The notes under the pieces were generated by a model, which had not been told where the DNA came from, made no database searches, and was given only the letters and a program-made list of their open reading frames with translations. The position numbers were made by a program, and so were the translations under genes. Positions 21,801-35,880 of a stretch of DNA of 64,000 nt are shown in pieces (the stretch's first letter is position 1; every line of letters begins with the position of its first letter). Where the stretch lies: positions 24,966,688-25,030,687 of the forward strand of contig CM119263.1 in assembly GCA_051294375.1 (NCBI GenBank), given 5' to 3'. The DNA is from Paraspadella gotoi (lineage: Eukaryota > Animalia > Chaetognatha).

Positions 21801-24800
21801 CTCATCCTCAAAGCATCCAGTGTAGTAGGGAATCTTGTAAGCGGCGGCGAGGAAACTGAGGGACACTAGCACCGCCAAAAACCGCAGATGACGCGGCCGG
21901 CTTCGATGTTGAACCCAGTAAGGAAATAGAACAGAGGCGGCGCGTTCAAAACTCAATAGCGCCACCTGGAAATATTAAGATATCGAGAAAGAGAGAAAGA
22001 GAGGGTGAAAAAAAAGAGAGATATAAAACTACCTTACTATGAAAGTAAAATACTTTGTACTTACCAAGTAATGAGCGATAATGAAGAGAGTTTCATGAAG
22101 GTAAGTCCTGATTCCACAGTAGAGATCCACGTTTTCTTTTTTAAACATCACCCCTAACGGAAAAAAGGGAAAAGTCACAATCGGTGGAGTATCTCCTACG
22201 ATTTCAACATAACAAAAAAAAAACAAAAAACAACTCATGTGATCATTCTCACTCCACACACAACTATAACCTCCACTAGCATGTTTCCCCCCGAGATCGA
22301 GAGCGTCTATGACGACGTCTTGCAGCTCCGGCCACGTCAGCAGCACTAGGGCGTCGAAGAGAGACACTGCGCGAATGAGCAAGGATCCCGCCAGCGCCCC
22401 AAGCTGTCCGCGGCTCCAGACGATGACGGAGACGACGCTGAGAATGACGCCGACGACGCTGACGAAAAAGTGGACGACGACAAGGAAAATCTCGGACTGG
22501 TCCATCGTCCGAATCCTAGTTAATCACTTCAAAGGGCTTCGGTTTTCCGCTAATTTTGCGCTCAAAATTGATTCCGTGAATTCAGGAAAACTCTCCTTCG
22601 ACAAGCTGTGGTGCGAATTTTACAACACATTTGTGATTCAGATTTTTTTTAAAAATCTGTCTGTTTAAACGATTGGTTTTTTGGGCTGGAGAAGTTACTT
22701 TAATCAGCCTATAATTGTCATTCACTTCCAATTTACATCAAAGACAAATACGCAAATGGTCGAATCTTTGTCGATGCACCGGGGATTTTGCGGTCGGTTG
22801 ATTCGATATAAAGAAAGAAAAAAGAAAAAGAAATAAAGCATCAAATCCGCCGGCGACATTTTTTTAAAAAAGGTTTGTCGGTGTGAAAATTGGAGCAGAT
22901 ATCAGGAGTCCGGATTCTTTGATAAGATTTCATTCGTACGTCAGCCGCTGGTCGCCAAGTTCTGATCAGGAGATCAATGGTTAACTTCTAAAGTTTACAA
23001 TGTCGATGAAGAAGTAAAAAATTGTTGATTGGTCGTTTGAAGTAGTCATTAATCGATTAACTTATTGTTTGACTGTTAGATTATTTGAAAAAAAACAAAC
23101 TTATTAACAAGAATTTTAATTCATTTCAATATTAAATAGAGATTATTATGATGTATCAAAATGTATTCGATTGATTGATTGAATTTCCAGGCGATCAAGG
23201 CCCGCTACTCGAACGACAACCGGGATCTCTTCATCTTCGAGGGCGAAGTTGACCTTGAGGTTGTTCGCCACAAGAAATGCGCCTGCGAGTGTCGCGTCAA
23301 AGCTTCCGCCTGTAATCCCAATCAGGCAAGTTCGAACAGTAATAGTAATATCTTCCAAAACGCCGAATCTCTTAGCCAACACTAACAGTATAACTGTTTC
23401 TTAGTTTAATAATCATAATAATGTAGCGGTAGTATTTCGTACCCCGCAACTCGTCCTATGGCGCCGGAGGTAGCACCAACACCTCCCAACCCAAAGGACT
23501 CTTGTTGGCGCCCTGTTGATTCACGGCAAGTAAAAGTGGGACGGGGCGTCTAACCCACCTGCTGTGACGGATTACAGCCGGATCGCTCGGGGCATCGTCT
23601 TCCACAATTATATTAAATTATCAATAATAATTTTTTTACTTTAATACTTTGTTGGGCGGCAAAGGCTTAGAATCATCATCGGTTCGTGTTCGTTTTTTTT
23701 ATGTCAAACAAGTTAAAAACATGCTAAAAATTTATTTTAAACAAATCAACAGATTTACGTTCCCGACAAGTGCGCCTGCGAATGCAAGAGAACTCCGGCG
23801 ACGCGATTTTGTCGGAGCAAACAGGTTCCCGGTCTTTTTTTTCCCTTTATCCTTGTTTCGTTTTTTGTTTTCTTTTAGTCGTTTTGTCAGAGAGAAACAT
23901 TCCTGGATGTCGTTGTTAGTCGTTATTGTTTTTGAAAAAACAAGAACGGAGATTCCAATGTGTGTTGTGCCGCAGTGACTCTATTATTATGTGTATTTCT
24001 ATGTATTTTCGACATGCACCGCATCTGAAAACGTTTTTTATTCTTCAATATGATAAATATGCACGTTAGTTCACATGGTGCCTTACCTTAATACCAAATA
24101 TAAACTTAATTGATAAAGCATTAACCAAGTTATAAGTAATTTTAACGTAGGTGGGACAGACTGACGGACAAGACATATCGACGGACAGACCGACCGAAAT
24201 GTGACTTATAGAGTTGCACCGCGAGTATTCACGGCGCGACTAAAAACGGATTCAACCACATTCGAACGGCCTTGAACGTTTTAAAAAAAGAATTTAGCTT
24301 CGCAAATATTTACACTGGGCGGAAGTCTGACGCAATAATCGTTAAACTTTTTTTTTTCACGAAAAGATTTGGGATTCAAAAGTTTGCGCGTGTCGTTGTG
24401 CGTCTAGAACGCGATGCACGAACGACGAGAGTTGGGACGAGGACAGGTGCGCGTGTAGGAGGAGGTGCGACTGCGAAAACGGCATCTTCACCTCCTACAA
24501 CGCTTATCTCGGTTGCAGGTGCCATTATGGGGTTAAATAATTTTTGGGTTTTGAATTTGCCGATTCGGATGATGATGACGATGATGATGATGATGTTGAT
24601 GTTGATGTTGATGATGATGATGATGTTGATGATGATGATGATGATGATGATGCAGTTTAATGTTAATGTTTATCTTCTTTACGCCATCCGCAAGATGCTC
24701 CTCCATGAGGAATCGCCGCCCGATCTACGGTCGTTTCCGGTCGCCTCTTTCCGGCGGCGCCACGTCTCGATTCCCCGTCGGCGGCGCCCACTTTCCCCGC

Positions 24801-25091
24801 GGCGCCATTTTCTCTCGCGGCGTTCTTCCGCCCGGCGTCGTTTATTCTTCCGCCATCGCCGACGACGACAACGATGTCGATTTCGTCTCCACGGCAACGA
24901 GAAACGACGATCCTGGCGGACGATCGAGAAAGCTCGGAATCAACGACGACGATTCGCAAGAAACGACGACGACAGGAACGTCGATGACGACGACGACGAC
25001 GACGACGACGACGCCGAAACAAGAAAGAATAACCGAAACTTTTCCCCGCGCGATGAAACGAGAGAGAAACGTGGGTTATGGTCTCTACTGA
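18046..25091 (+). CDS. PDGF/VEGF-family growth factor (PVF) with C-terminal CXCXC repeats
   Basis: Exons approx. 18046/18073-18159 (signal peptide), 19001-19115, 19379-19630, 20233-20429 (CRP..WP...VDRCAGCCN..LHC), 23191-23325 (HKKCACEC; GC donor), 23753-23824, 24367-24518 (WD...CACRC repeats), 24695-25091. An alternative unspliced stop lies at 24538-40. Confidence 0.85.
18492..18805. repeat. (CT)n (~18492-18570) and (AG)n (~18752-18805) microsatellites in PVF intron 1
   Basis: Visible complementary dinucleotide runs. Confidence 0.9.
20696..22505 (-). CDS. Rhodopsin-class (class A) peptide-type GPCR nested antisense in a PVF intron
   Basis: Exons approx. 22505-22271, 22153-22065, 21965-21750, 21692-21575 and 21474-20696 join in frame. 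TM2 SLFDALVLL, TM3 LLSFERAASVLFP, TM6 FTALTLPFGIF, TM7 LNNGVNFFVY, helix 8 KFRQEL. Confidence 0.85.
24045..24246 (+). mobile_element. Helentron/HINE-like non-autonomous element fragment
   Basis: GACAGAC/GACGGAC/CCGACCGA microsatellite, then GTGACTTATAGAGTTGC..CGCGACTAAAAA terminal hairpin, a layout typical of invertebrate HINE/DINE-type repeats. Confidence 0.55.
24569..24652. repeat. (GAT)n trinucleotide repeat in the last PVF intron
   Basis: Visible repeat. Confidence 0.9.
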
Positions 25092-25737
25092 TATTTTATT
25101 TTACTTTTTTAATTTATATCGTTTATTCAAATTGACGATTACTTGCGTTTATTTTGTACATTTGACACTTTATACTTATAGCGGTCGGAAGGAAAAAAAA
25201 AAACAGCATCCACAAAGACTTTAATATGCGCTTTCTTTTGTAGGTTCTCCCTTCAGCCCCATTGATAAATAATTAACAATGCTGCTTTTTTTTACAATTG
25301 CAGACTTTCCCGTTTATTTTTTTTTCTCTAATAAATTTTTAATTTATTTCCGCAGAGGCACGTTTTTTTTTCAAACGTCAAAAATTAATCGTCAGAACCA
25401 GACAGTTACGATCCTGCGAATCTCGACCAAAAGGAAAAACGTTTCACGCGCCGATTTGGCGGGAAAGAGGAAAAAGAGGAAGATCCCGTCTGTCAAGTTG
25501 TCCGTCAATTGATCGAGTAAATCGATTCGAGTGGACCATTAATTTCAGATCGGTTATCAGTTCTTAAGAAGGGGTTGGTGGGGCTTGCCCCGGTTGGTGT
25601 AATTCCCCAGGGTTTGGGGGGTTCTAATTGGCAGGATGGTTTGGGGGTTTGAGAGGGAAGAAAGTTCGCCCAATGCTAAAGAATTTAAATTTAACGATAT
25701 TGTTAAATCGAGCTTTTCATTTCGTTGCGTTTGAAAT

Positions 25738-25846
25738 TAGAATTAAGCGAAATTGTTTGTTTTGTTGACAGACAACGAATTTGTCTCCTTGAAAATAAAA
25801 ACAAATTCGATGTCTGTTAACAAATAAAAAATTTCGCTTAATTCTA
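25738..25846. repeat. Short palindrome / MITE-like hairpin with ~45-bp arms
   Basis: TAGAATTAAGCGAAATT..TTGTTGACAGACAACGAATTTGT pairs with ACAAATTCGATGTCTGTTAACAAA..AATTTCGCTTAATTCTA. Confidence 0.75.
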
Positions 25847-27621
25847 AATTTAATGATTAATAAAATGATAGTTAAGTCAATAAATAGAAGTTTTTATTCA
25901 AATATTAAAGAGAATTAAAACTCCGATTCCCAACGCTCGGCTCAGACACAAAAATCGTGACTTGGAAATCGATCCAAGACGCGAAACGTGAAACCTGATC
26001 CGTTGGGTGGGAAACCTCGGGGGTGGGACGCGGTTGGGGGTGGTGAAAGTTGGCGGGAATTGATGTGTTGGTCAGAAAACGATAGATTGGTCTGACGTCT
26101 ACCTGTCGGACCCGTCAGGTTTATCTCCCGTGGATAGAGAGAGATATCTGGAGTAGTGAATGAAAGCGAAAATAAAAATGAAATTGTGAAGATGAAAGTT
26201 CCCGAAGGCTTTTTTTAATTTTTAAAGAATAAGGGAAAATGGTGAAACTTTTTTACATGCTCGGCTAACTATTTTTTAAATTGACCGGTTTGGTATCGTT
26301 ATATTTATAATCGGTGAATTTTTAATTTTTTTACGTGTTTGGTCCATTTTTTTATCAGAGCTTAGCAGATATGTTCTTTAAGATGTTTTTTTTTATTATA
26401 TTTTACATTTTAGTTTTGAGATTATCGATAATCAATCATCGGACGATAAGATCTTAGCGATAACCGATATATAACCTGCCTAATGAGTTTTCGAATATTT
26501 TTGGTCCAAAACAAAAACGAAAGCATAAATACAGCAAAAACGCTTAATGAGGGCTTGAGGGTTGGTAAATGGATTTTCAATATATTTTATTAGAAACTTA
26601 ACAATTGAGGACACGCGGTCTGCTCCAGCGATGCTTGCTTGTCGATTTTTGATTGTTTAAGATCAGCGCGGTCGGGGACAGACTGAGGGAAGAGTGAAGG
26701 TGGGGAAGTCGATTGTAAAACCCTGAAGGGAGATAGGGATTAGGGGTGGGGATTCTAATGAGGGAAGTGGGTATCGAAGCCCCGACGAAAAACGATTTTC
26801 ATTGTTTCTGGTTTCGACTCAGGGATTAAAATCGATTAAAATCAAACCTAGTTATTTTTTTTTTCCTTTCTTTCTTTTCGCTTTTCAGAATCCATCTCGT
26901 TTCCTTTTCATTTCGCTCGAAACTTTTATCATTGTCTTAAATTTTTTTTTTACCTCTGGGCTAAATTCGTTTGTTTATTTGTTTTAGACAATTTATAGCT
27001 TTCGTCCAGGGTTCGAAAAAATTAATCTTCCGCGATCTATTGTTTTTTTTTCTTTGGGACAAATTAAAAACAACAACGACGACGACAGCGACGACATGAA
27101 TTACGTGGATGTTATCTTCGCCCAAATACGTAAATGTAAATGGATGCGATTACCTCTAGTCGAACGTAAAACTTTGAATTTATTATCTGATTATTTTTGT
27201 CCTTTTTTTTTATTACGAGCTTCAAATTGCAATAAAAAAAAAAGTTGTATTTAACTCGGCGAGGCGCTTCATTGATTATTCATTATAATATTATCTCGCT
27301 TTGCATCTTTTTTTCATTTCGAAACCGAAGGATTGCGCCCGAGTTTCACCTACCCTCTCCAACCCCTTCGCCCACCTACCACCACCGGCCACCCCTTCCC
27401 CACGATCTTAAAAGAGAAACCGATATGTTTTTTCACTTTTTCTTTGCGGGGATTTCAAGATTCACAGAAACTTATCCCCTTCTCCTCAGAGGAACCCGAC
27501 TCTTTTCCCCGAGATCCGTAAAACGCGGAAGAAACTCCCAAGAAATGGGCTTTTGAAAAAAAAGCATATATTTATCAAATTAGAATTTTATCAACCAAAA
27601 GTCTCTCTCTCTCTCGTCGTG

Positions 27622-29067
<1,446 letters not shown>

Positions 29068-29466
29068 GTTAATTGGTTTCCGGCCATCTGTGATCTAGTT
29101 TTTATAGATGGATGTAGATGGATGGACTGTTTTTTTTTACTAGTCTTATTGTTTTGTATTATGGCATGGTTTACTTTATTTTTTATGTTTTTATGAAGTT
29201 ATTTTTTGCAGTTTATTGCGTTTTTTAAGTTAAAAATGTTTGCATAATAAAAGATTGATTCGAAATAAAGGTAGTTTATTAGAAAAACGAGAGTGTAGAA
29301 TAATTGAAATAAACGACCGGAAATTTTTATATGTATTCAGGCGATTTGCACATAAATACTACAGACTATGCACTTATGCAGAGGGCATGCAACAATATGG
29401 CAAGGAAAGACAGAGATCAGAGTACATGATAATCAGATACATATGAGCGTACTTCAACGCCCTCTT

Positions 29467-32400
29467 TCACAACAAATTCATTCGTGATTTGATGAGTTGG
29501 AGTTGCGCCGACGCCGACGCCAAATTCGGTACGAGTCTTCGATCCAGCGAAGCCACCCTGCCCGGCGCCGAGACCGAAGGCGCGTAGGACGCCGCTCGCG
29601 CCGGAGGCAGAAGAGCGAGAAACGGCGCCGGGAAGTTGGGATGAAAAGGAGCGAAGGGAGGGAGAACACTGGCGGCGACGAAAGAAGACGCTGATAAGGG
29701 CGGCGCCGGTGGGATAAGAGATGGCGCCAGCGAGCGAGTCGATGCGTGCAACGCCGACTGCGCTGCTGAAAACGCGGCAGACTGCGAGGTATGTGACGTC
29801 GAGGGCGAAGGAATGTTAATGTGCAGCGGATCTTGGGCGCTGACGACTCGTGGCTGCTCCGCGGCGGCGGAGAGCGACGTCGGAAGAGAAATGTGTTGAG
29901 GATGATGAAGACGCATAGCCGCAGCTGCTGCAGCCGCCGCGGCGGGGGAAGAGTTTGAGCGGAGATAGTCGAAGTCGGGGTCTTTGGATTCTGTCTCGCG
30001 AAATCCCTTGGCGAAAGGATTGGACGCAATCTTCAGTTTAGTCACCTGCAGGAGTGTAAACAAAAAAGGTATGATGAGATATAATAATTAACTGAAAAAA
30101 ATATAAAAGGTACGATTTTTGGCTAAAAAGTTACGTATGATGTCGTATCTTGTAAAAGTTTTTTTTTTCTTTCTTAATACCTGATAAAAAAATTACTAAG
30201 ATTAACCTTACCTCGTGATTTTGATAAGCGGTGACGGTGTAAAAGACGGTTTGTGGAAAAGCCGCCCTGGCGACGAGTTTCGGTGAGTCAACGGCGTCGA
30301 CTTCCACGTCGATGTCGTCGCCGATGTCGTCGTCCTTGTCAACGTCGTCGTCGACGAAAGACTCGAGGTCCAACGTTTTGATGTCAAAGTTTTTAGACGG
30401 AATTCTAACGACAGAAACGCGAGGTTGATATTTTTGCATTGAATGCACCCGGATCTGAAATTTAAACGTATATGTGTGTGTATATAAATATATTCATTAA
30501 TGTATATTTATTAAAAGTGTTTCTTTAACAATTTATAAAATATTAATGATTTTTTAATTGTCGTCTTAATCCGCAGACGCACAAAAAAAATATTGTAATC
30601 GCTCCTAACCGCCATTAACGCGACGGATTTGGCACCGAAATCGATCTTATCGCCCTCAAAGCCAGTTGACTCCGTTTACTTCCAGGTCATTGAATTCTTA
30701 TCGATCGATCCGTCCCAACCTTCCGTCAATCCGTCTCCCATCTCCGAAACGGCGCCTCCGAATCGATCTTATCGGAACCGATGGACGACAAAAAAGCCAG
30801 ACGGCCGCTCGATGGAAACCGAATGAAACCGAGGACCGAATGTATATGGAACCGCCTAGCGGCCGGGGGGGGGGAACAGTGGAACCACGAATCTCGAAAA
30901 GCGGGTTTTAGTTCATTAGGTGAAACAACATCGATGCTATCGCGGTCTCCTTTTTTTTTCCGAGTGGTTAACCGACGAAGCGAAACGCAAAGTCAGAAGG
31001 ATCGGACCGTTTCCGTCAAGAGGCGGCCATGGGTGACGTTTGATACCATCGGTAGTGGCGCTCGGGGTGCCAGGAATGTCGGGTTCTCTCCGCGCCATCC
31101 TCGTCGAGCGTACCAACGCCAGTTATATTATTTTATTCTATTCATAAAAAAATTAACTTACTTAGTTATGAGATAAACTTTATTGATAGATTATTGTAAA
31201 TTTTGTATATAATACTTGTATAATAAGAATGCTGTTTTATAGTTAAGACAATAATCAAAAAACGATACCGTTCATAACGACCACGCACTTAATGAACCAA
31301 ATGAACCGAAGCAAACGACTCAATTAATGCCTTAACTCATTCGACCGTCACCAAATCCTATCTGGCCTAAACCGATACCTTCTTCCGCTTTCGAAAAGAT
31401 AACGCTCTCGCCTTTATTTGTCTGTTAGACAAAATGAATTTATTGTTCTTAAAAGGGCCAACTGAAGAGAGGAGTGAAAATGGGCAAGCAGAGGAGAGGA
31501 GAGAAGAGCAGAAAAGAGGAAAAAGAAAAGAGAAAACGAAAAGATGAGAAAAGGAAAAGTAAAGTAAAGAGAAAGGAAAAGAAATTCTAAAAAAGAAAAA
31601 AAGTAAAGAAAGAAAAAGGACCGACCGACCATGATTTCCAAAGCCGTCGGCGAGGCGTTCACGAGGATCGTATGTCCACTTCCTTCTTTAGCCTTTGACG
31701 CGCGCTCATGCGTCGCCGTTGACCAAAACGCTTAAAGGGACTGAAGTGAGTGACCACTCACATCGATAACGAGGAGATGAGGAGGAGGGGGAAGAAGAGG
31801 AGAATGAAGAAATCACCCCGAAATGGGTTAACGAGACTAGAAACGTCGATTCGCCCGAGATGATGAAGGAGAAAGGCTTTTTATCTTATTATCCTTTTTG
31901 CGTTGATCTCATTATCTCCCTAAGCTAATTCAGCCGAAAAAAAAGGGGGGCTTTTTTGCGCCTGACTTTTGTTTTTCTATGACGTTCTTCGTTGAGGTTT
32001 AATATTAAGATTGACGTTAAAATCTAAATAATCAATGATAATAATAATAATATTAATAAACTACTCCGATACCGAAGATCGAGAATGACGCAACTAACCT
32101 GTCCCGATGGCACGGTCTCCCTGGCTGCGTTAGTGAGCTTCACTTTGTCGAAAGAGACGATCTGTTTTACGAGGTTTTCGCCTTTGATCGGAATCGCGTA
32201 GAGATTTCGGTCCGGCAGCGTCTCCCCGTTTCCGGTGGCGACCCAACTTGAACTTGGAATTGGAGAAAAGAAAGACAAATAAATAACATATGTAGACAAA
32301 TTTGTACTATAGTGCTAAATTTTATAATTCTAATTCTATAAAAATTTGCCGAGGCCTAATTTAAGGCGATAATGAAATCTTCCGAGTGGACGTTCGAGGT

Positions 32401-33750
32401 TAAATGACTATATGTTAATTAGAACCAGATACAAATATAAATTCAAACCAGACTATTATGGCAACGGGGAAACATGTGTGATGCCCGGGGTGTGAGGCAT
32501 CTCTCGATAGCTGGCGCTAAGGGCTTTGGACCTGCAGCGACTAGCCCATGCCACTGGCGTTTTTATGCCGTCACCATCACACTTTTTACTAGCGTGACCG
32601 TGAGGGTATTGAACTCACAAGCTATACGGGAGGCGAATTTAGGATTCGCCACTCTGTATATCCATCGCCTTACAATTTTAATCCAAATTTTCCAAAAAAT
32701 TAATAGTGTACTTAGTAAAAATACAGAACTTACTTTTGATAAACGTAGCGGTAGCGATACTTGTCCGTCTGGATAAGATCGAGGGCGATAGCATAATAAG
32801 AATCCGGATCGATTCCCGAAACTTTGACGCGAAGCGGAGGAAACATGCGTCTGTGTGAAAATAAAGTTCGAAACTTCACCGAGTGCCACATTTCATCGAT
32901 CATTCAGTTGTATAACAGTATCAGTAATTATAATGATAGAATTTGCAAGCATTTTGATTTTCAATTAAGCAATTGAACAAACCGGCCGGAATTGGTCACG
33001 ATCATCTCTGTGCCAAATTTGTGAAAGGAATTCCAAAGATCCAAATCCACAAGGGATAGTTGCGTCTTTCGTCCAGTGACGCAGACGGGTGAGTCACTTC
33101 TCGAAGCCGGGACGTTGGGTGAGGCTTCGGACGGGGACAAGGGATGAGGCGGCGGTGTCGCCGACGGAGAGTAGGGAATGTGAGGTAAGTGAGGCGGAAG
33201 GGCAACCTCTTGAGAGCAGAGGCGGTTAGCTGGGTGGAATGGAGAAAGAGTAGACGTGTGTAGCGGCAAGGCTGTGGAGAGAATGGCGGGAAACTGCCGA
33301 TGATATTCGGGAGGCGTCATATATGTAACGAGTATGACGTATAGTACTCGTTTTTGTAAGTTTATTAGTAGAAGTCAAAAAGGTAAGTTTCAATCAGTTC
33401 CTACCTCTATTTTCCTCCGGCGTGGGCGTTTTCCTTTTCGGCGACTTTCTCAAAATCGCTTCGATCGAAAACGAGGTCAAACCTCGAGACAAAGTCGGCG
33501 TCGGCGTCGACGCGTCCGGCGTCACCGAGGATCGACCGGGCACGACATCCGGAGACGCCGACGACAAACTTCGAGGCGACGAAGCCGACGACGAAGAGAA
33601 AGTCGATTCCGGCGTCGAGGACGACGACGACAAAGACGACGATTCCGAAACGGAAAAAATTCGACGGGAATATTCTTCCATGAGACGTTTCGGCGAAGCG
33701 GAGTAAAGGCTCTCGCGATCCGGAGATATCGCGGGACTTTTGCGTTTCAT
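29467..33750 (-). CDS. T-box transcription factor, Tbx1 subfamily (Tbx20/Tbx1-like), with N-terminal eh1 motif
   Basis: Exons approx. 33750-33405, ~33346-32983, 32850-32734, 32252-32099, 30454-30212, 30045-29467. Motifs [82 protein letters not shown]; eh1 FSIEAIL. Confidence 0.9.
32459..32660 (+). repeat. GC-rich structured intronic repeat fragment, related to 5372-5622
   Basis: Shared ordered motifs with the Ddc intron 2 island; terminal hairpin GGCGAAT..ATTCGCC. Confidence 0.5.
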
Positions 33751-34690
33751 TGTTTTAGCTTAAAATTATTTTATTTTATTTAGTTTTTGGCGACTTACTT
33801 TTTTGTTAATTCCGATATTAAAAAAGTAGAGAATAAGTCTTGTGTACGTAATTCGTGAACCAAAAAAAAATACAATTTTGGTCAGTTCACCGAAGTAAAC
33901 GACGACGAGAACATGAGCAGAAAGTACTTTCACAGTTTACGATCGTGAGTTGAATTTTCGCCGTTGTGGTGTTGGATTGAGTCACCAAATTAGAAAAGAT
34001 AATGACGAGATTGTAAACTATTCCTTGAAACGAATCCGGAAGTTGAGCTCGCAACTCGTGAGCCGAAAGTGAAACCTCTAAAAGTGGACGAACGAAAACG
34101 ATCGAGAACAGAGCGAGCGCGGAAGGTCAGATCCAACTCGAGCACTCGCCGTGAAAACTGATATAAAAAATGGTCAAGCCGGTGGCTGACGAAGAAAACT
34201 CGCACCATGGAGCGAAAGAGCTCGGGGTTCGGGGACCCACGACGAGCGACTGAGGAATATTTCTCATTGGTCGGCGGGTGGCGGCTTCGATCGCCGATTC
34301 GTCGGAAGTTCGATTGCAAGAGGGCGAGAACCACGAATCCTCGAAGGACGACCGCGTTGCCCTTTCGACGGCGCCCCGCCGGTCCCGCGAACACGTAGCG
34401 GGGCAGAGGACGAGGGGGCGCGGCGGGAGGGGAAGGAGGAAGAGGAGGAAAGAGGGTTTACGGGGAGAGTGAGAAAAGGAGAAGAGAGGTTATATATAGA
34501 CTCTAGAAGGTTGAGAGATGAGAGTGGAGGAAGGAGGAAGAGGTAAAGCCATATCATGTTAAAAGATTGGAGGCAGTGAAGATAAACGGTTTAGATTCCC
34601 CAATGAAATTTCGCGAAATCTCACTAATCGATTCCAACTGACATTTTAAAAGCGGTCATCGATTCTTTGGCTTTTATCGATATCCATAAA

Positions 34691-34757
<67 letters not shown>

Positions 34758-34856
34758 ACGAGTGGCTTTGTTGATATATATCCGCCGGTCGGTTTTCGCG
34801 TCTCCCGTGGCGCGGTCGAAACTTTCCTGGCTCGCTTCACTGATTCATTCTGAGTC

Positions 34857-34927
<71 letters not shown>
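34691..34927. repeat. Two (CT)n microsatellites between the divergent T-box and TRP genes
   Basis: Visible runs. Confidence 0.95.
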
Positions 34928-34930
<3 letters not shown>

Positions 34931-35880
34931 CCTCCCTGGCATTCTCCGCTTCTTTTTCCTGTACTAAGTAAAAACAATTTACAAAAATTTTCATTCATTC
35001 CACCCAAAACTTTTTTCATTTTTTTCACTCTCCGTCAAATCCTCACCCCCTCTCCCACGCAGAGACCTTCGACAAACTCAGATTGCTCAAACCGGTCGAC
35101 CATCTCTTGGCGAGCTGCTGAACGCCCGCGCAGCAGCGGGGCGTCGAAGGGGCAAGAGATCCACCGCGAGACCAGAACCTGCGCAGAGGAAATGTTGACT
35201 GGTCAAATGTTAATCAATAATCAACATTGTTATATCATAACTTTCGACTTGAAATAAGATAAAAGTGTTTTTCACGAATGCAATGCGATATATTAAAAAT
35301 TACTACAATATTTAAGTGCTTTTTCCTTCAAATACACGCAATCAATAGTCATGACAAGAGCAACAAACAGGAAAACAACAACAAATTCGGAGACCTCAGA
35401 TTTTCCCACAGAATCACTCGATTCCCGAGAATCTTTCTCTTTCCCATGGGCGCATCCCCCTTTCCCTAAAAACCCGTTAGCCGGCCATAGCCAAGGAACG
35501 AGAGATTTTCCACACAATCCCCAATTGAAAATCTCTTCCCGACGGCTTTTCGTTCTTCATTGTCCCAAGCTCTCGCAAACTGACCGAAGGCTTCATCGTT
35601 CCGCTTCGGTGGTGATTTTCCGCGGTTACTTTAGTAATTGGCTCTCGGGAAGGCGGCGGAAGTCAAAGAGGGTTAATCTTATGAGGGGGAGGATGGATTG
35701 AATTTAGTCTGCCATGTGTAATTTGATAAGGAGTTTTTTTCGAAGCTGAAGGAGGAAGAAACGAGAGACGTTCGGGAGAAGGAGAAAAGAGATTATTAAC
35801 GCCGAAGGAAAGAGCGATAGAAACTCTAGCTAGAAATAATACATAAAGGAACATTAAACAAATTCTGAATTTAACTCAAC

